DNA of 61,935 nt from a virus (IMGVR_UViG_3300021976_000013:1-61935); one strand, 5' to 3'. Positions 9,928-20,286 are shown, counted from the first letter of the stretch. The notes: a model not told the origin generated them from the letters alone. Translations and numbers: made by a program.

Positions 9928-10344
9928 ATGGGAAGTCTGCTCAAAAAAGAAGACCTTTGGCAGATCACGGCCGACCTTCCGGCCGAAGAGGTCGAGGTGT
10001 TCGACTCTAACGGCAAGCTCGCAGGCGTGATCAAGGTTCGCGGACTCACCGGATCGGAGCTGACCAAGTATCAGGAGTCTCTGACGATCCGGCTGTCGAG
10101 CGGGCAGACCAGGCCAAACGTGAGATTCGCGATGGCCAAACTGATCGTCCTGACGGCGATCAACGACGACGGATCTCCGTATTTCGAGGTCAGCGACACA
10201 AAGCATCTCGACGACGCACCGGCCAAGATCCTGGTCCCGCTGTTCGAGTCGGCGCAGAGACTCTGCGGACTCACCGAGGACACGTTCAAGGAGATGACCG
10301 AGGGTTTCGAGCCAATGCCGAGCGAAGGTTCCGATTCCGACTAG
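9928..10344 (+). CDS. tail assembly chaperone (G)
   Basis: Between the major tail and tape measure genes; V.VRGLTG.E and LF..A..L.GL motifs. Confidence 0.85.
   Translation: MGSLLKKEDLWQITADLPAEEVEVFDSNGKLAGVIKVRGLTGSELTKYQESLTIRLSSGQTRPNVRFAMAKLIVLTAINDDGSPYFEVSDTKHLDDAPAKILVPLFESAQRLCGLTEDTFKEMTEGFEPMPSEGSDSD
10302..10308 (+). other. -1 programmed ribosomal frameshift site G GGT TTC
   Basis: In-frame X XXY YYZ heptamer; the -1 frame reads GFRANAERRFRFRLAMALGK... into ORF 10347-10592. Confidence 0.85.
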
Positions 10345-10592
10345 CCATGGCGCTCGGCAAGTCCATCTCCGAAGTCAACCAAATGTCCGCGTGGGAGATC
10401 AAGGAATGGGAAGCGTACGAGCGGGTAACCGGGCAGTTCGGACAGGAACGTAACGATCAGCTCGCGGCGATGCTGGCAAAAACGATCGTGAACCTCTTCC
10501 GGAGCAAGGGCAGCAAGACGGCAGTGACAACGGACTTCATACCGAAGTGGGGTTTCGAGGAGGTGAACGGGGATGGCCGGGAGCATCCGTAA
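10302..10592 (+). CDS. tail assembly chaperone frameshift extension (GT)
   Basis: R.LA..LG.S..E...MS..E..EW.AY pattern; reached by the -1 shift. Confidence 0.8.
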   Translation, partial: GFRANAERRFRFRLAMALGKSISEVNQMSAWEIKEWEAYERVTGQFGQERNDQLAAMLAKTIVNLFRSKGSKTAVTTDFIPKWGFEEVNGDGREHP

Positions 10593-13500
10593 TCTCATGG
10601 TCCGGCTCGGCGTTGAAGTGGACGACCGGGGAGCCAAGAAATTTGGATCTTCGATGGACCGGCTGACCGGGCAGGCCAAAAGCTTCGGTATCGCTATGGG
10701 TCTGGCGTTCGGCGCGTCCACGGTGATCGACTTCGCTCGCGACTCGATCAGGGCAGCGAGTGATCTTTCTGAATCGATGTCCAAGACGAACGTGGTGTTT
10801 GGATCTTCGTCTAAGGCGGTGACGGATTTCTCTCGGAATGCGGCCACGGCCATGGGTCAGAGCCAGCAAACGGCTTTGGAAGCCACAGCCACATTCGGAA
10901 ACTTGTTCGTATCTATGAAGATCGGTCAGCCTGCGGCGGCCGGTATGTCCATGAAGATGGTTCAGCTCGCGTCCGATCTTGCGTCGTTCAACAACGTCAA
11001 GCCGGAAGAGGCGCTCTTGGCCCTTCGCTCTGGTTTGGTCGGCGAGACGGAGCCTCTTCGGAAGTTCGGGATCAACCTGAACGAATCGACGCTCAAGGCC
11101 GAAGCGATGCGGCTCGGACTCGGCAAGATCGGGCCGACCCTGACGCCACTGCAAAAGGCTCAAGCGTCCTATTCGCTGATCTTGCAGCAGAGCAAGACAG
11201 CTCAGGGCGACTTCGCACGCACGTCCGGAGGGCTGGCCAACCAACAGCGGATCTTGAACGCACAGTTCATGGACGCCAAGGCGGCCATTGGGGAGGCGCT
11301 GCTTCCTGCGGCGCTGGCGCTCACGAAATGGGCGACCGGTTCATTCATCCCTGCTCTCAAGTCGTCGGTGCAATGGGCTAAGGAGAATTCCGGCACGATC
11401 AAGACGCTGGCTATCGCGGTCGGCGTGCTGGTCGGCGCGTATGCATTGATCAAGGGGACCATGCTTGCGGTCAATGGGATCATGATCGTTAGCAAGGGAG
11501 TCATGCTTGCGTGGGCCGCCGCGACGAAGATCGCTCAAATGATCTCTACCGGGTTCGGATCCAAGATCAGCGCGCTGTCCGGAATCTGGGACAGTGTACG
11601 GCTAAAGACCATGTACGCGACGGAAGCGGTCAGCAAGGCCGGTGGGCCTATGAAGGCTCTCAACAGCTCGATCGGTGGCATGAGCGGTGCTGCCAGTAAG
11701 GCCAAGGGTGCACTGTCGAGCGTCGGCGGGATGCTCGCTTCGGGCGGTCCGTGGGGGATCGCTATTGGTGCGGCTATCGCGGCCGTCGGTTGGTTCGCCA
11801 CCCGGAACGACGAAGCGGAAGCGCGGGTGTCGGCGCTCTCGGACGCGATCAAGGAAGACTCGGGAGTGCTCGGCACCAACACCCGAGCCAAGATCGCTAG
11901 CACGCTCCAGACTCAGGGCATGCTCGACGCAGCGAACAAGCTCGGGCTCAGTTCAAAGGTCGTTACTGACGCGGTGCTCGGCGAGGGCAACGCTATGAAG
12001 ATCGTTGACGCGCGGCTGAATTCGCTGGCTACCGCGACGGTCGTTTACGGCGGTCGAGCTGGCCAGGGTACGACCGCGACGAAGCAACTGACCGGCGCGG
12101 CCGACGAGCTTTTCAACATGATCCATGGTGGTAACTCCGAACTGACCGAAGCGCAGCGCAAGCAGAAGCAACTGAACGACGCTTTGGGGATCACTACGAC
12201 CACCGGCAAGGATGCGACCAAGACGATCGGCGGGCTCGGTGACGAAGCGGTCACGACGGCCGGTGGGGTGGGCAAGCTCAATGACAAGCTGTCCAAGTTC
12301 AACAGCTTGACCGGAGATGCTGATCAAGCCGGGATCGACTTCCGGAACACGATCGATGACATGACGTCCGCGTTCAAGAAAAACGGGCTGGCGATCGACA
12401 AGCGAACCGGCTCGTTCAACCTGAACACCCGGAAGGGCCGCGACAACAACTCGATGTTGATCGACGCTATCCGCAAGGCGGGCGATCACGCGGATAAGGT
12501 CTTTAAGGAAACTAACTCTGTCAAGCTGGCTAACAAGACCTTTGACGCAGAGATCAAGATGATCCGTGGAGTGATCACCAAGCACGGCGAGTCGTCGCGA
12601 TCTGTACAGAAGTTGATCGACAAGTACGTTGACGCCAAAAACAAGATCAATAGCGCTACCAACGGGATCAAGAACAAGACGGTGCGGATCGAGGTCAAGG
12701 CCGGTGGGACTCTGATCGGCTACCACGTGCAGGGTGGAACCCTGCTCAAGGCGTCCGGTGGCGTGCTGCCTGGTTACTCGCCTGGCCGAGATGTGCATAT
12801 GTTCCAGAGCCCTACTGGCGGCACGCTTGGGCTGTCTGGTGGCGAAGCTGTCATGCGTCCGGAGTGGACGCGCGCGGTCGGCGAGCAGAACGTCAACCTG
12901 ATGAACGCGGCAGCACAGACAGGCGGACCGAATGCGGTTCGACGCATGCTCGCTGGCGGGGTGGGCCGGTACGGGCTCGGTGGCGAAGGTGCGTACTTCG
13001 CTCAGGGCGGGATCATCTCAAAGGGGTCGGTCACCGGAGTCTCGTCTGTCCAGAACATGGCCACGAAAGCGAGCGCGCTCTACTCCATGTGGGCCAAGAA
13101 CATCGGTACGAGCCTTTCTAAGGCGCTTAGCAAGCTCTTGGGTGTCGGTGGTCCCAAGGTGCAAAAGGCGCTCGCATGGGCCAAGTCACAGAGCGGCAAG
13201 CCCTACATCTGGGGAGGTGTCGGACCGCGCGGTTACGACTGCTCCGGATTCATGAGTGCGATCACCAACGTGATCCACGGGAAGTCTCCGTACTCCCGGC
13301 TTTTCAGCACACACAGTTTCGGATCAAGTGGTCCGTCCGGGTTCGTCAAGAATCTCCAGAGTGGTTTCAAGGTTGGTGTCACCAACGCGGGTGTCGGGCA
13401 CATGGCCGGAACACTTGGGAAGACCAATGTGGAGTCAAACGGATCACAAGGCGTCCACTACGGGAGCGGCGCTCGCGGATGGAACAACGGCCTGTTCGGA

Positions 13501-13788
13501 TCTCACTACGGACTCAAGATGTCTCGCGGTGGCGTTCTACAGCCGTTCACGATGGACAACGGTGGGATCTTGACGCCGGGATCGTCGGCCGTCAACGGCA
13601 CGCGCGAACCGGAAGCGGTCTTCACCCGTAAGCAATGGGACGGGCAGGGACGCGGCGGCGGTGATACGTACAACATCACCGTGCTTGCGACTCCCGGCAC
13701 CGACAAGGCAGCGCTCGGCAAGGAAGTGTACGAGCTACTCAAGGAATACAAGCGGCGCTCTAAGAACGGCGGGAGTCTAGATCTATGA
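10573..13788 (+). CDS. tape measure protein with C-terminal NlpC/P60-like peptidoglycan hydrolase
   Basis: 1071 aa, Ala-rich helical; DLASF.N and GE.EPLR.FG motifs; GKPYIWGG...YDCSG...GH. Confidence 0.95.
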   Translation: MAGSIRNLMVRLGVEVDDRGAKKFGSSMDRLTGQAKSFGIAMGLAFGASTVIDFARDSIRAASDLSESMSKTNVVFGSSSKAVTDFSRNAATAMGQSQQTALEATATFGNLFVSMKIGQPAAAGMSMKMVQLASDLASFNNVKPEEALLALRSGLVGETEPLRKFGINLNESTLKAEAMRLGLGKIGPTLTPLQKAQASYSLILQQSKTAQGDFARTSGGLANQQRILNAQFMDAKAAIGEALLPAALALTKWATGSFIPALKSSVQWAKENSGTIKTLAIAVGVLVGAYALIKGTMLAVNGIMIVSKGVMLAWAAATKIAQMISTGFGSKISALSGIWDSVRLKTMYATEAVSKAGGPMKALNSSIGGMSGAASKAKGALSSVGGMLASGGPWGIAIGAAIAAVGWFATRNDEAEARVSALSDAIKEDSGVLGTNTRAKIASTLQTQGMLDAANKLGLSSKVVTDAVLGEGNAMKIVDARLNSLATATVVYGGRAGQGTTATKQLTGAADELFNMIHGGNSELTEAQRKQKQLNDALGITTTTGKDATKTIGGLGDEAVTTAGGVGKLNDKLSKFNSLTGDADQAGIDFRNTIDDMTSAFKKNGLAIDKRTGSFNLNTRKGRDNNSMLIDAIRKAGDHADKVFKETNSVKLANKTFDAEIKMIRGVITKHGESSRSVQKLIDKYVDAKNKINSATNGIKNKTVRIEVKAGGTLIGYHVQGGTLLKASGGVLPGYSPGRDVHMFQSPTGGTLGLSGGEAVMRPEWTRAVGEQNVNLMNAAAQTGGPNAVRRMLAGGVGRYGLGGEGAYFAQGGIISKGSVTGVSSVQNMATKASALYSMWAKNIGTSLSKALSKLLGVGGPKVQKALAWAKSQSGKPYIWGGVGPRGYDCSGFMSAITNVIHGKSPYSRLFSTHSFGSSGPSGFVKNLQSGFKVGVTNAGVGHMAGTLGKTNVESNGSQGVHYGSGARGWNNGLFGSHYGLKMSRGGVLQPFTMDNGGILTPGSSAVNGTREPEAVFTRKQWDGQGRGGGDTYNITVLATPGTDKAALGKEVYELLKEYKRRSKNGGSLDL

Positions 13789-16226
13789 GCGTCCCTGTGC
13801 TGATCGCTGAGATCATGTTCGATGATCCAACGTGGACCGACGTGAGCGCGTACGTACGCTCTGCCAGCGTCCACAGAGGGTCAAGCCGGGTGGACTCCCC
13901 CACCCTTCGCTATGAGGCCGGTACGGCCACTCTCAAGCTCGACAACAGGGACCGTAGGTTTGACCCGACGAATCTCGCGGGACCGTACGTCTCGGGCGGC
14001 GGTGGCGCTGGCACGTCCGGCTTGATCTATTTCGACAACACGCTGAATCAGGTGTTCGGCGTAGGGCTCACGGTTGACATTAAGAGCGTGAGTTCTTCGG
14101 TCGCGGCGTCGGTGGTCAACGTGACCAGCAAAGCGACCGGTACGACCGGATCTTTTTCGGTGAACAAACCGACGGGCACCGTGAGCGGCCACCGGGTGAT
14201 GATCATTCACTTCTGTGACATCGGCGATCTCTCGGATATGGGCACGCCCACGGGCGGCGCATCGTGGGGAACTGTGCTGGCGTCCGACTCCCAAGGCAGC
14301 GATGCTTTCCAGTGCAAGATATGGATCAAGACGGCTGGTGGATCCGAGCCGAGCACGTACGCCATGACGCAAAACTCCGGATCGGACGGAGTGGTGTTCG
14401 TGATCACTATCCGGGATGCGGACAATGCAGCTACTCCGGTGTTCGCGTTCACCGACAACAACGAATCGAGTACGTTCGAGACTCCGAGCACAACGCCGGT
14501 CGGCACCAACGCGCTGGAGATCCGCGCGTGTGGCGGATCGACCTACGGAGACAGTCCATCATCGTGGACAGCGGATCCGGCCGACGGGTTTTCAGAGCTT
14601 GGCGACAAGCAATCCAACAGCTTCACGTGCGGTGGTCTGTTCTCGAAATCGCTCAGCGGAGTGTCGTCCGGTGTTGGTACCGGCACGCGAGTGCTTCCCA
14701 TGCGACCAATCCGGTTGCGTGCCACATGGCCCTTCACCGCGACAACCAACCTGATCCAAAATCCGTCGTTCGAGGTGGACACCACCGGCTGGACCAACAT
14801 CACCAACAGCGGGATTGCGCGTGTCACAAGCGTCTCGTGGATCGGTGGCGCTGCCCTAGAAGTCCGACGTACGGCGTCGGCTACGAACTTCGCTTACGCC
14901 GGTCGAGCTACCAGCGTAGCCGCTGGCGGCGCGACCGTGGGAGTCACGGTCAGTCTGTCGGCCTACGTCTATGTTCCGGCAGCGAGCTTTTCCAAGGTCA
15001 CCGGGATCAAGGTCGGAGCTGTTGGGATGGCTCAGGCGTTCGTAGACATCTCCGGACTGGTCGCTGACCAGTGGTACCGGGTGACCCGCTCGGCGGCGCT
15101 CTCGACGACTCTGGACGACGTAGAGGTACAGTTCTGGACCGACGACACGCACGCGGATGGCCAGGTAGTCGGCTACGTTGACGCGGTCCAAGCGGAAGTC
15201 AAGCCAGCGCCTACCGGATACTGCGACGGCGATCAACCGGCCTGCTCGTGGACGGGCACCGCACACAACAGCTCGACGACGCGGCCAAGCACGTTCACGT
15301 TCCCGATCTTCCGAGGGTTCATCGATCAGTGGGACATCTCGTGGACGGCCGATGTTGACTCTGAAGTGTCAGTGCCGTGCACCGACGGTTTCAAGGTCAT
15401 GGGCTCGATCGATCGCGTTGCGCTTGGCGCGCCGGTCGGAGTCGGTGAGCTGTCCGGCGCACGTATCACACGGATCTTGAATTCCATCGGCTGGCCAATC
15501 GGCGAACGAGTGATCGGCACTGGTGGATCAACAGTCCAAGGAACCACGCTCGCGGACAACGGACTGACGGAGCTGTTCCTAGTTTCTGACTCCGAGCTTG
15601 GTGAGTTCTACATGGACGCGTCAGGACTCGCCACCTTCCGAAGTCGATCGGCGCTCTTCAGTGACACGCGATCGGTCAATGTGCAAGCTGACTTCGGAGA
15701 CGGAGGAACCGGAGCAGGAGAACTTCCGTACCATGACGTCGTGATCAGCTATGACGACGTGCAGCTCTACAACGATGCGCACATAGCTCGGACCGGTGGC
15801 ACGTCGCAGACCTGGCAAGATGCTGATTCGATCACTGAATACCTGACACACACGTTCGAGCGTACGGATCTTGTACTTCAATCTGATGCGGAGTCTCTCA
15901 GCTACGCACAGTGGATCGTCTACATCTCGAAAGATCCAGAACTGCGGTTCGATCAGCTCGTGATTCGTCCGCAGAAGCAAGAGGATGATCTTTTCCCACA
16001 GGTCTTGGATCGCGAGATTGGGGATCGGGTAAAGATCACCCGACGGCCACCGGGCGGCGGATCTCCCGTGGTCCGAGAGGTATTCGTCCGTGGGCTGGAG
16101 CTGAATATCGAACAATACTTCTGGGAGATCACTTACAATCTTCAGTCAGCGACCAAGGTCGGATCCTTCCTGACTCTTGGTCATCCGATCCTTGGCAAGA
16201 TCGGGCTCAACGGATTGAGGTTCTGA
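13785..16226 (+). CDS. minor tail / tail-tip protein with inserted beta-rich and carbohydrate-binding-like domains
   Basis: WTDVSAYV and AGTATL.LDN.D.RF.P motifs; internal NLIQNPSFE..TGW CBM-like segment. Confidence 0.85.
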   Translation: MSVPVLIAEIMFDDPTWTDVSAYVRSASVHRGSSRVDSPTLRYEAGTATLKLDNRDRRFDPTNLAGPYVSGGGGAGTSGLIYFDNTLNQVFGVGLTVDIKSVSSSVAASVVNVTSKATGTTGSFSVNKPTGTVSGHRVMIIHFCDIGDLSDMGTPTGGASWGTVLASDSQGSDAFQCKIWIKTAGGSEPSTYAMTQNSGSDGVVFVITIRDADNAATPVFAFTDNNESSTFETPSTTPVGTNALEIRACGGSTYGDSPSSWTADPADGFSELGDKQSNSFTCGGLFSKSLSGVSSGVGTGTRVLPMRPIRLRATWPFTATTNLIQNPSFEVDTTGWTNITNSGIARVTSVSWIGGAALEVRRTASATNFAYAGRATSVAAGGATVGVTVSLSAYVYVPAASFSKVTGIKVGAVGMAQAFVDISGLVADQWYRVTRSAALSTTLDDVEVQFWTDDTHADGQVVGYVDAVQAEVKPAPTGYCDGDQPACSWTGTAHNSSTTRPSTFTFPIFRGFIDQWDISWTADVDSEVSVPCTDGFKVMGSIDRVALGAPVGVGELSGARITRILNSIGWPIGERVIGTGGSTVQGTTLADNGLTELFLVSDSELGEFYMDASGLATFRSRSALFSDTRSVNVQADFGDGGTGAGELPYHDVVISYDDVQLYNDAHIARTGGTSQTWQDADSITEYLTHTFERTDLVLQSDAESLSYAQWIVYISKDPELRFDQLVIRPQKQEDDLFPQVLDREIGDRVKITRRPPGGGSPVVREVFVRGLELNIEQYFWEITYNLQSATKVGSFLTLGHPILGKIGLNGLRF

Positions 16227-16228
16227 TC

Positions 16229-16750
16229 ATGCCCTTCAAAACGTTCGTTGACGGGCAGGTACTCACGGGCGCTGACGTCATGAAGTACTGGATTCAGCAG
16301 TACTCGATCGTCAAGCAAGCAGACGAAGTCTTGATCAGCTCCGCGACGGTCCAGAATGATAACGAGTTGATCGCTCCCTTGCTGGCTAACTCCGTCTACT
16401 GGATCGAGATCTTCGTGATCTACGAAACGATCCAAGCGGCTGATCTCAAAGTGGGCTGGTCGGTGCCCGCTGGCGCGGCGATCCATTGGTGTCCGAACGG
16501 TCAGGATGCCGCTTCAACATCGACAGTGTGGGACATTCTCAAGCGGGAGCGATCGGAAGCTAATACCGAAATCATTGGAGGTCCGGGCGCGGCGCTCGGT
16601 ACTGACGCGATCATGCCGGGCGAAGGATACGTGACGACGGCAGGAACCGCAGGAAACCTGACGTTTCAGTGGGCGCAAGGAACATTGACCGCGACCAACA
16701 CAACCGTCATGGCTAACTCTTGCTTGATCGTTCAAAGGTTGACGACCTGA
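16229..16750 (+). CDS. minor tail protein, paralog 1 of 3
   Basis: MPFKTFVDG...DN.L...G...FQWAQ...T.V.A.S shared with the next two genes. Confidence 0.75.
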   Translation: MPFKTFVDGQVLTGADVMKYWIQQYSIVKQADEVLISSATVQNDNELIAPLLANSVYWIEIFVIYETIQAADLKVGWSVPAGAAIHWCPNGQDAASTSTVWDILKRERSEANTEIIGGPGAALGTDAIMPGEGYVTTAGTAGNLTFQWAQGTLTATNTTVMANSCLIVQRLTT

Positions 16751-17268
16751 TGCCACTTCGTACGTTCGTAGACGGCGAGTCACCGAGTGCGGCTGACTTC
16801 AACCGCTACTTCATGCAACAGATCATGATCCGCAAACTGGTTACGGAGTCGGTGAGCCTTAACGCTACGGCACAACCGGATAACGAGCTGTTCTGTACGG
16901 TTAACGCTGGAGAGACGTACTTTGTCAACATGTTCTTGCTGTACGACGGGCTGGCGGCGGCTGACATTGAAGTGTCATTCACTGGTCCGGCTGGTGCAAC
17001 GTTCGATTATGTCTCTGACGGAGTGATCCAATCAGCGGCGGCAACTATAGATCGTTTGAGTCGAACGCATCAAGTCCTGACAACCAGCTTTCCGACTGGC
17101 GGCTGCTTTGGAGTCGGCACTAGCGTTGCCATGCTGCTTAAAGGGATCTTGATAGTGGACACGACCCCCGGAACCTTCCAATTCAATTGGTCACAGTTCG
17201 TATCGAACGCGACAGCTACCCGAGTGCTGGCCGACTCGGTAATGATGTTGAGGAGGTTGACGGACTAG
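16750..17268 (+). CDS. minor tail protein, paralog 2 of 3
   Basis: MPLRTFVDG...PDNEL...GTFQFNWSQ; TGATG coupling. Confidence 0.75.
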   Translation: MPLRTFVDGESPSAADFNRYFMQQIMIRKLVTESVSLNATAQPDNELFCTVNAGETYFVNMFLLYDGLAAADIEVSFTGPAGATFDYVSDGVIQSAAATIDRLSRTHQVLTTSFPTGGCFGVGTSVAMLLKGILIVDTTPGTFQFNWSQFVSNATATRVLADSVMMLRRLTD

Positions 17269-17786
17269 TGGCGACAACGATCAAGACATTCGCGGTCGGT
17301 GCTCCTCCGACTGCGGCAGATCTCAACACATACTTGATCCAAGGTTCGTACATCATCAAACCGTCTGACGAGTCACGGATCACTACCACGCTGTCCAACG
17401 ATTCAGCGTTGGTGCTTCCGGTGCAAGCCAACACGCGTTACTGGCTTCAATGTCTCTTCATTACGAGTGGAGTCGCAGCATCGGACATGTCATTCAAGTT
17501 CATCGCACCAACCGGAACGACCATGCAATGGGTGTCTGATGCGCTCGGCTCAGCGGCTACGACATTCTTTGGGATCATCTCCCGGTCAGTCCAGCCGATC
17601 AGTGGAAACCCATCGTTCGGCCTAGCTACGGCCGCCGCGTTTTGTATCGCATCGTCCAAGGGGTTCATTAATGTCGGAAGCACCGGGGGGAACCTTCGGC
17701 CACAATGGGCACAAGCTGTTGTGGACGCGGGTAATCCTACGTTCATGCGAGCAGGCTCAATGATGGCAATCCGAAGGATCATGTAA
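17268..17786 (+). CDS. minor tail protein, paralog 3 of 3
   Basis: KTFAVG..AADLN.Y...GNL..QWAQ; TAGTG coupling. Confidence 0.75.
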   Translation: MATTIKTFAVGAPPTAADLNTYLIQGSYIIKPSDESRITTTLSNDSALVLPVQANTRYWLQCLFITSGVAASDMSFKFIAPTGTTMQWVSDALGSAATTFFGIISRSVQPISGNPSFGLATAAAFCIASSKGFINVGSTGGNLRPQWAQAVVDAGNPTFMRAGSMMAIRRIM

Positions 17787-18016
17787 TGGGTAGTGGCGGT
17801 GAGCCGCAAGAGCCAGGCGCGACCCTGATATGGAAGCAAGGGTTCCCGACGGCAACGGACTTCAGCGAAGCGTGTGACACTGCACTGTCAACGGCGCGTG
17901 GGCAGGGGGTCACTGATCCACTCATGCACCCTGGCACCAAGATCGAAACTCAGGCGCATATCGACGCGGGAGAGTACTTGGTCCGGCTCGTGTTCGGGAA
18001 CGCTCCGGAAGAGTAG
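17786..18016 (+). CDS. hypothetical protein
   Basis: TAATG coupling; last gene of the tail operon. Confidence 0.6.
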   Translation: MGSGGEPQEPGATLIWKQGFPTATDFSEACDTALSTARGQGVTDPLMHPGTKIETQAHIDAGEYLVRLVFGNAPEE

Positions 18017-18094
18017 CGTAAAGTAGCGATAGAAACAGCCCTACATGGATCTTGACGAGAGGCTCATGATCGGGCTGACAAGATCAATATACCC

Positions 18095-18192
18095 TCTGAC
18101 CTGGGGAAATCCCTATCTCGGGTAGGGTGGCATACGGGTACCCAACCTAGGGTTGAAGCCCTTAGCGTGGCTCTCAGGGCCGTCTAGGGGCA
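18095..18192 (+). repeat. dispersed ~100-bp element, copy A
   Basis: TCTGACCTGGGGAAATCCCTATCTC...TAGCGTGGCTCTCAGGGCCGTCTAGGGGCA. Confidence 0.8.
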
Positions 18193-18220
18193 ATCGCCTT
18201 TTCACTACGGAGCGTGACTT

Positions 18221-18574
18221 ATGAGTGAGTCTCCCGAGACGAATCGGGATGCGTACGCGCGTGGGAAGATCGCGGGGGAGATCGCGGGGGAGATCAGCGC
18301 TCGGCTGGCCGATCATGACCGGCATTTCGCAGCGATCAACGGGCACCTAGGAGATCTTGCGGGAGAATTTCGCGAACTGCGGCTGTTGGTCCAGCAGCTA
18401 AAGGATCAAGCAATCGCTCGGGATGCGATGACGGAGAAATCGCTCTCGAACACAGAAGCGATTCGCTGGCAAGCTGCTAATGATCGCTGGTTTCCGTGGG
18501 CGCGGCTCTTCGCGGTGATCTCGGCTCTTGCGCTGGCTGTTTCGATCATCCTCGCTGTGCAGGGGTTGAACTAG
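18221..18574 (+). CDS. coiled-coil protein with C-terminal TM helix (lysis cassette)
   Basis: RL.DHD.HF..ING motif, C-terminal hydrophobic helix. Confidence 0.7.
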   Translation: MSESPETNRDAYARGKIAGEIAGEISARLADHDRHFAAINGHLGDLAGEFRELRLLVQQLKDQAIARDAMTEKSLSNTEAIRWQAANDRWFPWARLFAVISALALAVSIILAVQGLN

Positions 18575-18870
18575 TGGAGTGGGTCGGTCTTCCTTTTGTC
18601 CAAGGCGGCTTCATGCTGGTCGTGATCGCCTTCGTTCTCGCGATGTTAAGTGGCCGACTCCTGCCACGGTCCTACGTCCAAGCGCTCCGGAAAGGTGATG
18701 AACTGACAGTTGAGCGTCAACGGGAAGAGATCAAGGAGTGGCGCACCGCTTGGATAGCGGCTGATCTTGCCAAGCGGGAGCTTGCCAACCAAGTCGGGGA
18801 GCTGGCCGAAACCGGCAAGATCACTGTCCAACTCCTCCGGGCGGTAACGGAGGATGGACGTCGATCATGA
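18574..18870 (+). CDS. holin-like membrane protein
   Basis: N-terminal TM followed by GRLLPR and a coiled coil; in the lysis cluster. Confidence 0.6.
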   Translation: MEWVGLPFVQGGFMLVVIAFVLAMLSGRLLPRSYVQALRKGDELTVERQREEIKEWRTAWIAADLAKRELANQVGELAETGKITVQLLRAVTEDGRRS

Positions 18871-19097
18871 AGTTCTGGCCCTGGTCGAAGTCAGACGATC
18901 TTCATAAGATCATTCCCGAAGACATGGACGAAGCTCGGGAAGCGCGTAAGAAATCAGAACGAGATCTCCATGAGGTCCGAGGACAGCGACACGAAGTAGA
19001 TCGAATCGCTAGCAAGCTTCGCGAGATCCGACAAGAGAATCATCTGGCCGAAATTCTTGAACGCTCGATCAAGCCAAAGGAAGATCCGGATGAGTGA
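18867..19097 (+). CDS. hypothetical protein (lysis cassette)
   Basis: MKFWPW...L.....NH.A pattern; ATGA coupling. Confidence 0.65.
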   Translation: MKFWPWSKSDDLHKIIPEDMDEAREARKKSERDLHEVRGQRHEVDRIASKLREIRQENHLAEILERSIKPKEDPDE

Positions 19098-19407
19098 CGC
19101 GCTCCTACGAACCGTCGGCGATGTGCTGGTCATCTGGACCTTCGTAGCTTCGCTCGCGTTCGTAGTCTCCTACCACATCACGGCGCGTTGGTGGGAATCA
19201 GCTTTCGGCAAGTCCCTGATGATCTACCAGATCGCGATGACGCTCGTGCTCGGGCTGACCATTCCCCGGATCATCATCGGAGTTGATCACATCGCATTCG
19301 CGACCTTGAGATTCATCGTCTTCGCGGTGGTTCCGCTGGCTCTGACGTGGCGGATCTCTGTGCTGATCAGGGTCCAGCACAAGAGCCGGAAGGACAAGCA
19401 GCCGTAG
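19090..19407 (+). CDS. 3-TM holin-like protein
   Basis: FV..Y....WW.S..G..LM motif; three hydrophobic helices. Confidence 0.65.
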   Translation: MSDALLRTVGDVLVIWTFVASLAFVVSYHITARWWESAFGKSLMIYQIAMTLVLGLTIPRIIIGVDHIAFATLRFIVFAVVPLALTWRISVLIRVQHKSRKDKQP

Positions 19408-19452
19408 GCGTACTCTGGACTTGACAACACGACAGACAGGAACAAGATCTCT

Positions 19453-20286
19453 ATGACGGTCCAGTGGATCACTAGAGCCGATCTTGGGTGGCCGTCCGAG
19501 CCGCGCGGCGGCTGGACGAACACCAACACGAACCTAGGCATGATCGCCCACTATGACGGCTCACGCGGCCTGCTCAGTCGGCACGCGGCGTCGGGGCACG
19601 CGGCGTGTGTGAGTTATTGGGAGGGCGCTCGGAACGCCCACATCAACGGCAACGGCTGGTCCGACATCGGGTATGCCTACTTCGTCTGTCCAGACCGGAA
19701 AGTCTTCGTCGGCCGGGGCTACGGTCACCAGCAGGCGGCCGAGCTTCCGACGTCGGGCAAGCTCCAGAACGGCAACGTCCGCTACATCTCGGTAACCTTC
19801 GGTACCGGGCCGGGCGAACGGCCGACCGATGACCAGCTCAAGGCATGGGCGGATCTTCGCGAGTGGTACCTGACGGAGAAGAACGGGCTACAGACCGTCT
19901 ACGGTCACCGAGACTTCACGTCCACCGACTGTCCGGGCGATGTGATCTTCCACATGACCCGAGATGGAACGCTCAAGGCGACGGCCATTCCGGACGTCAC
20001 GCCTACCCCGGAAGGTGATCTCTTGTCCAGCATGCCCATGCTCAAGGTCGGCGACCGAAGCACGGCCGTGCTCTCGCTTCGCGCTCTGCTCTTTGAGCGC
20101 TGGCTTTCCGCTCGGTGGGCCAACGATTCCACCGGGCTCTACACGTGGCTACGCGAGCAGGCGTTCACTCCGGATCTCCGGGTAGACGTGATCGCATACC
20201 AGAAAGATCGGTTCCCTGACGACTCCTCCCAATGGGATGGAATCGTGGGACCTCTCACATGGGGCAAGTTGCTCCAGGTGGTCTAG
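19453..20286 (+). CDS. endolysin: N-acetylmuramoyl-L-alanine amidase plus peptidoglycan-binding domain
   Basis: AHY, H...NGWSDIGY, GRG and GHRD..T.CPG amidase_2 motifs; DGIVGP.TW..L. Confidence 0.9.
   Translation: MTVQWITRADLGWPSEPRGGWTNTNTNLGMIAHYDGSRGLLSRHAASGHAACVSYWEGARNAHINGNGWSDIGYAYFVCPDRKVFVGRGYGHQQAAELPTSGKLQNGNVRYISVTFGTGPGERPTDDQLKAWADLREWYLTEKNGLQTVYGHRDFTSTDCPGDVIFHMTRDGTLKATAIPDVTPTPEGDLLSSMPMLKVGDRSTAVLSLRALLFERWLSARWANDSTGLYTWLREQAFTPDLRVDVIAYQKDRFPDDSSQWDGIVGPLTWGKLLQVV

Noticed and set aside
10550-10556. Second G GGT TTC slippery heptamer near the end of the GT chaperone
   Set aside because: A -1 shift here enters a frame that is not the tape-measure frame and stops within about 40 codons.
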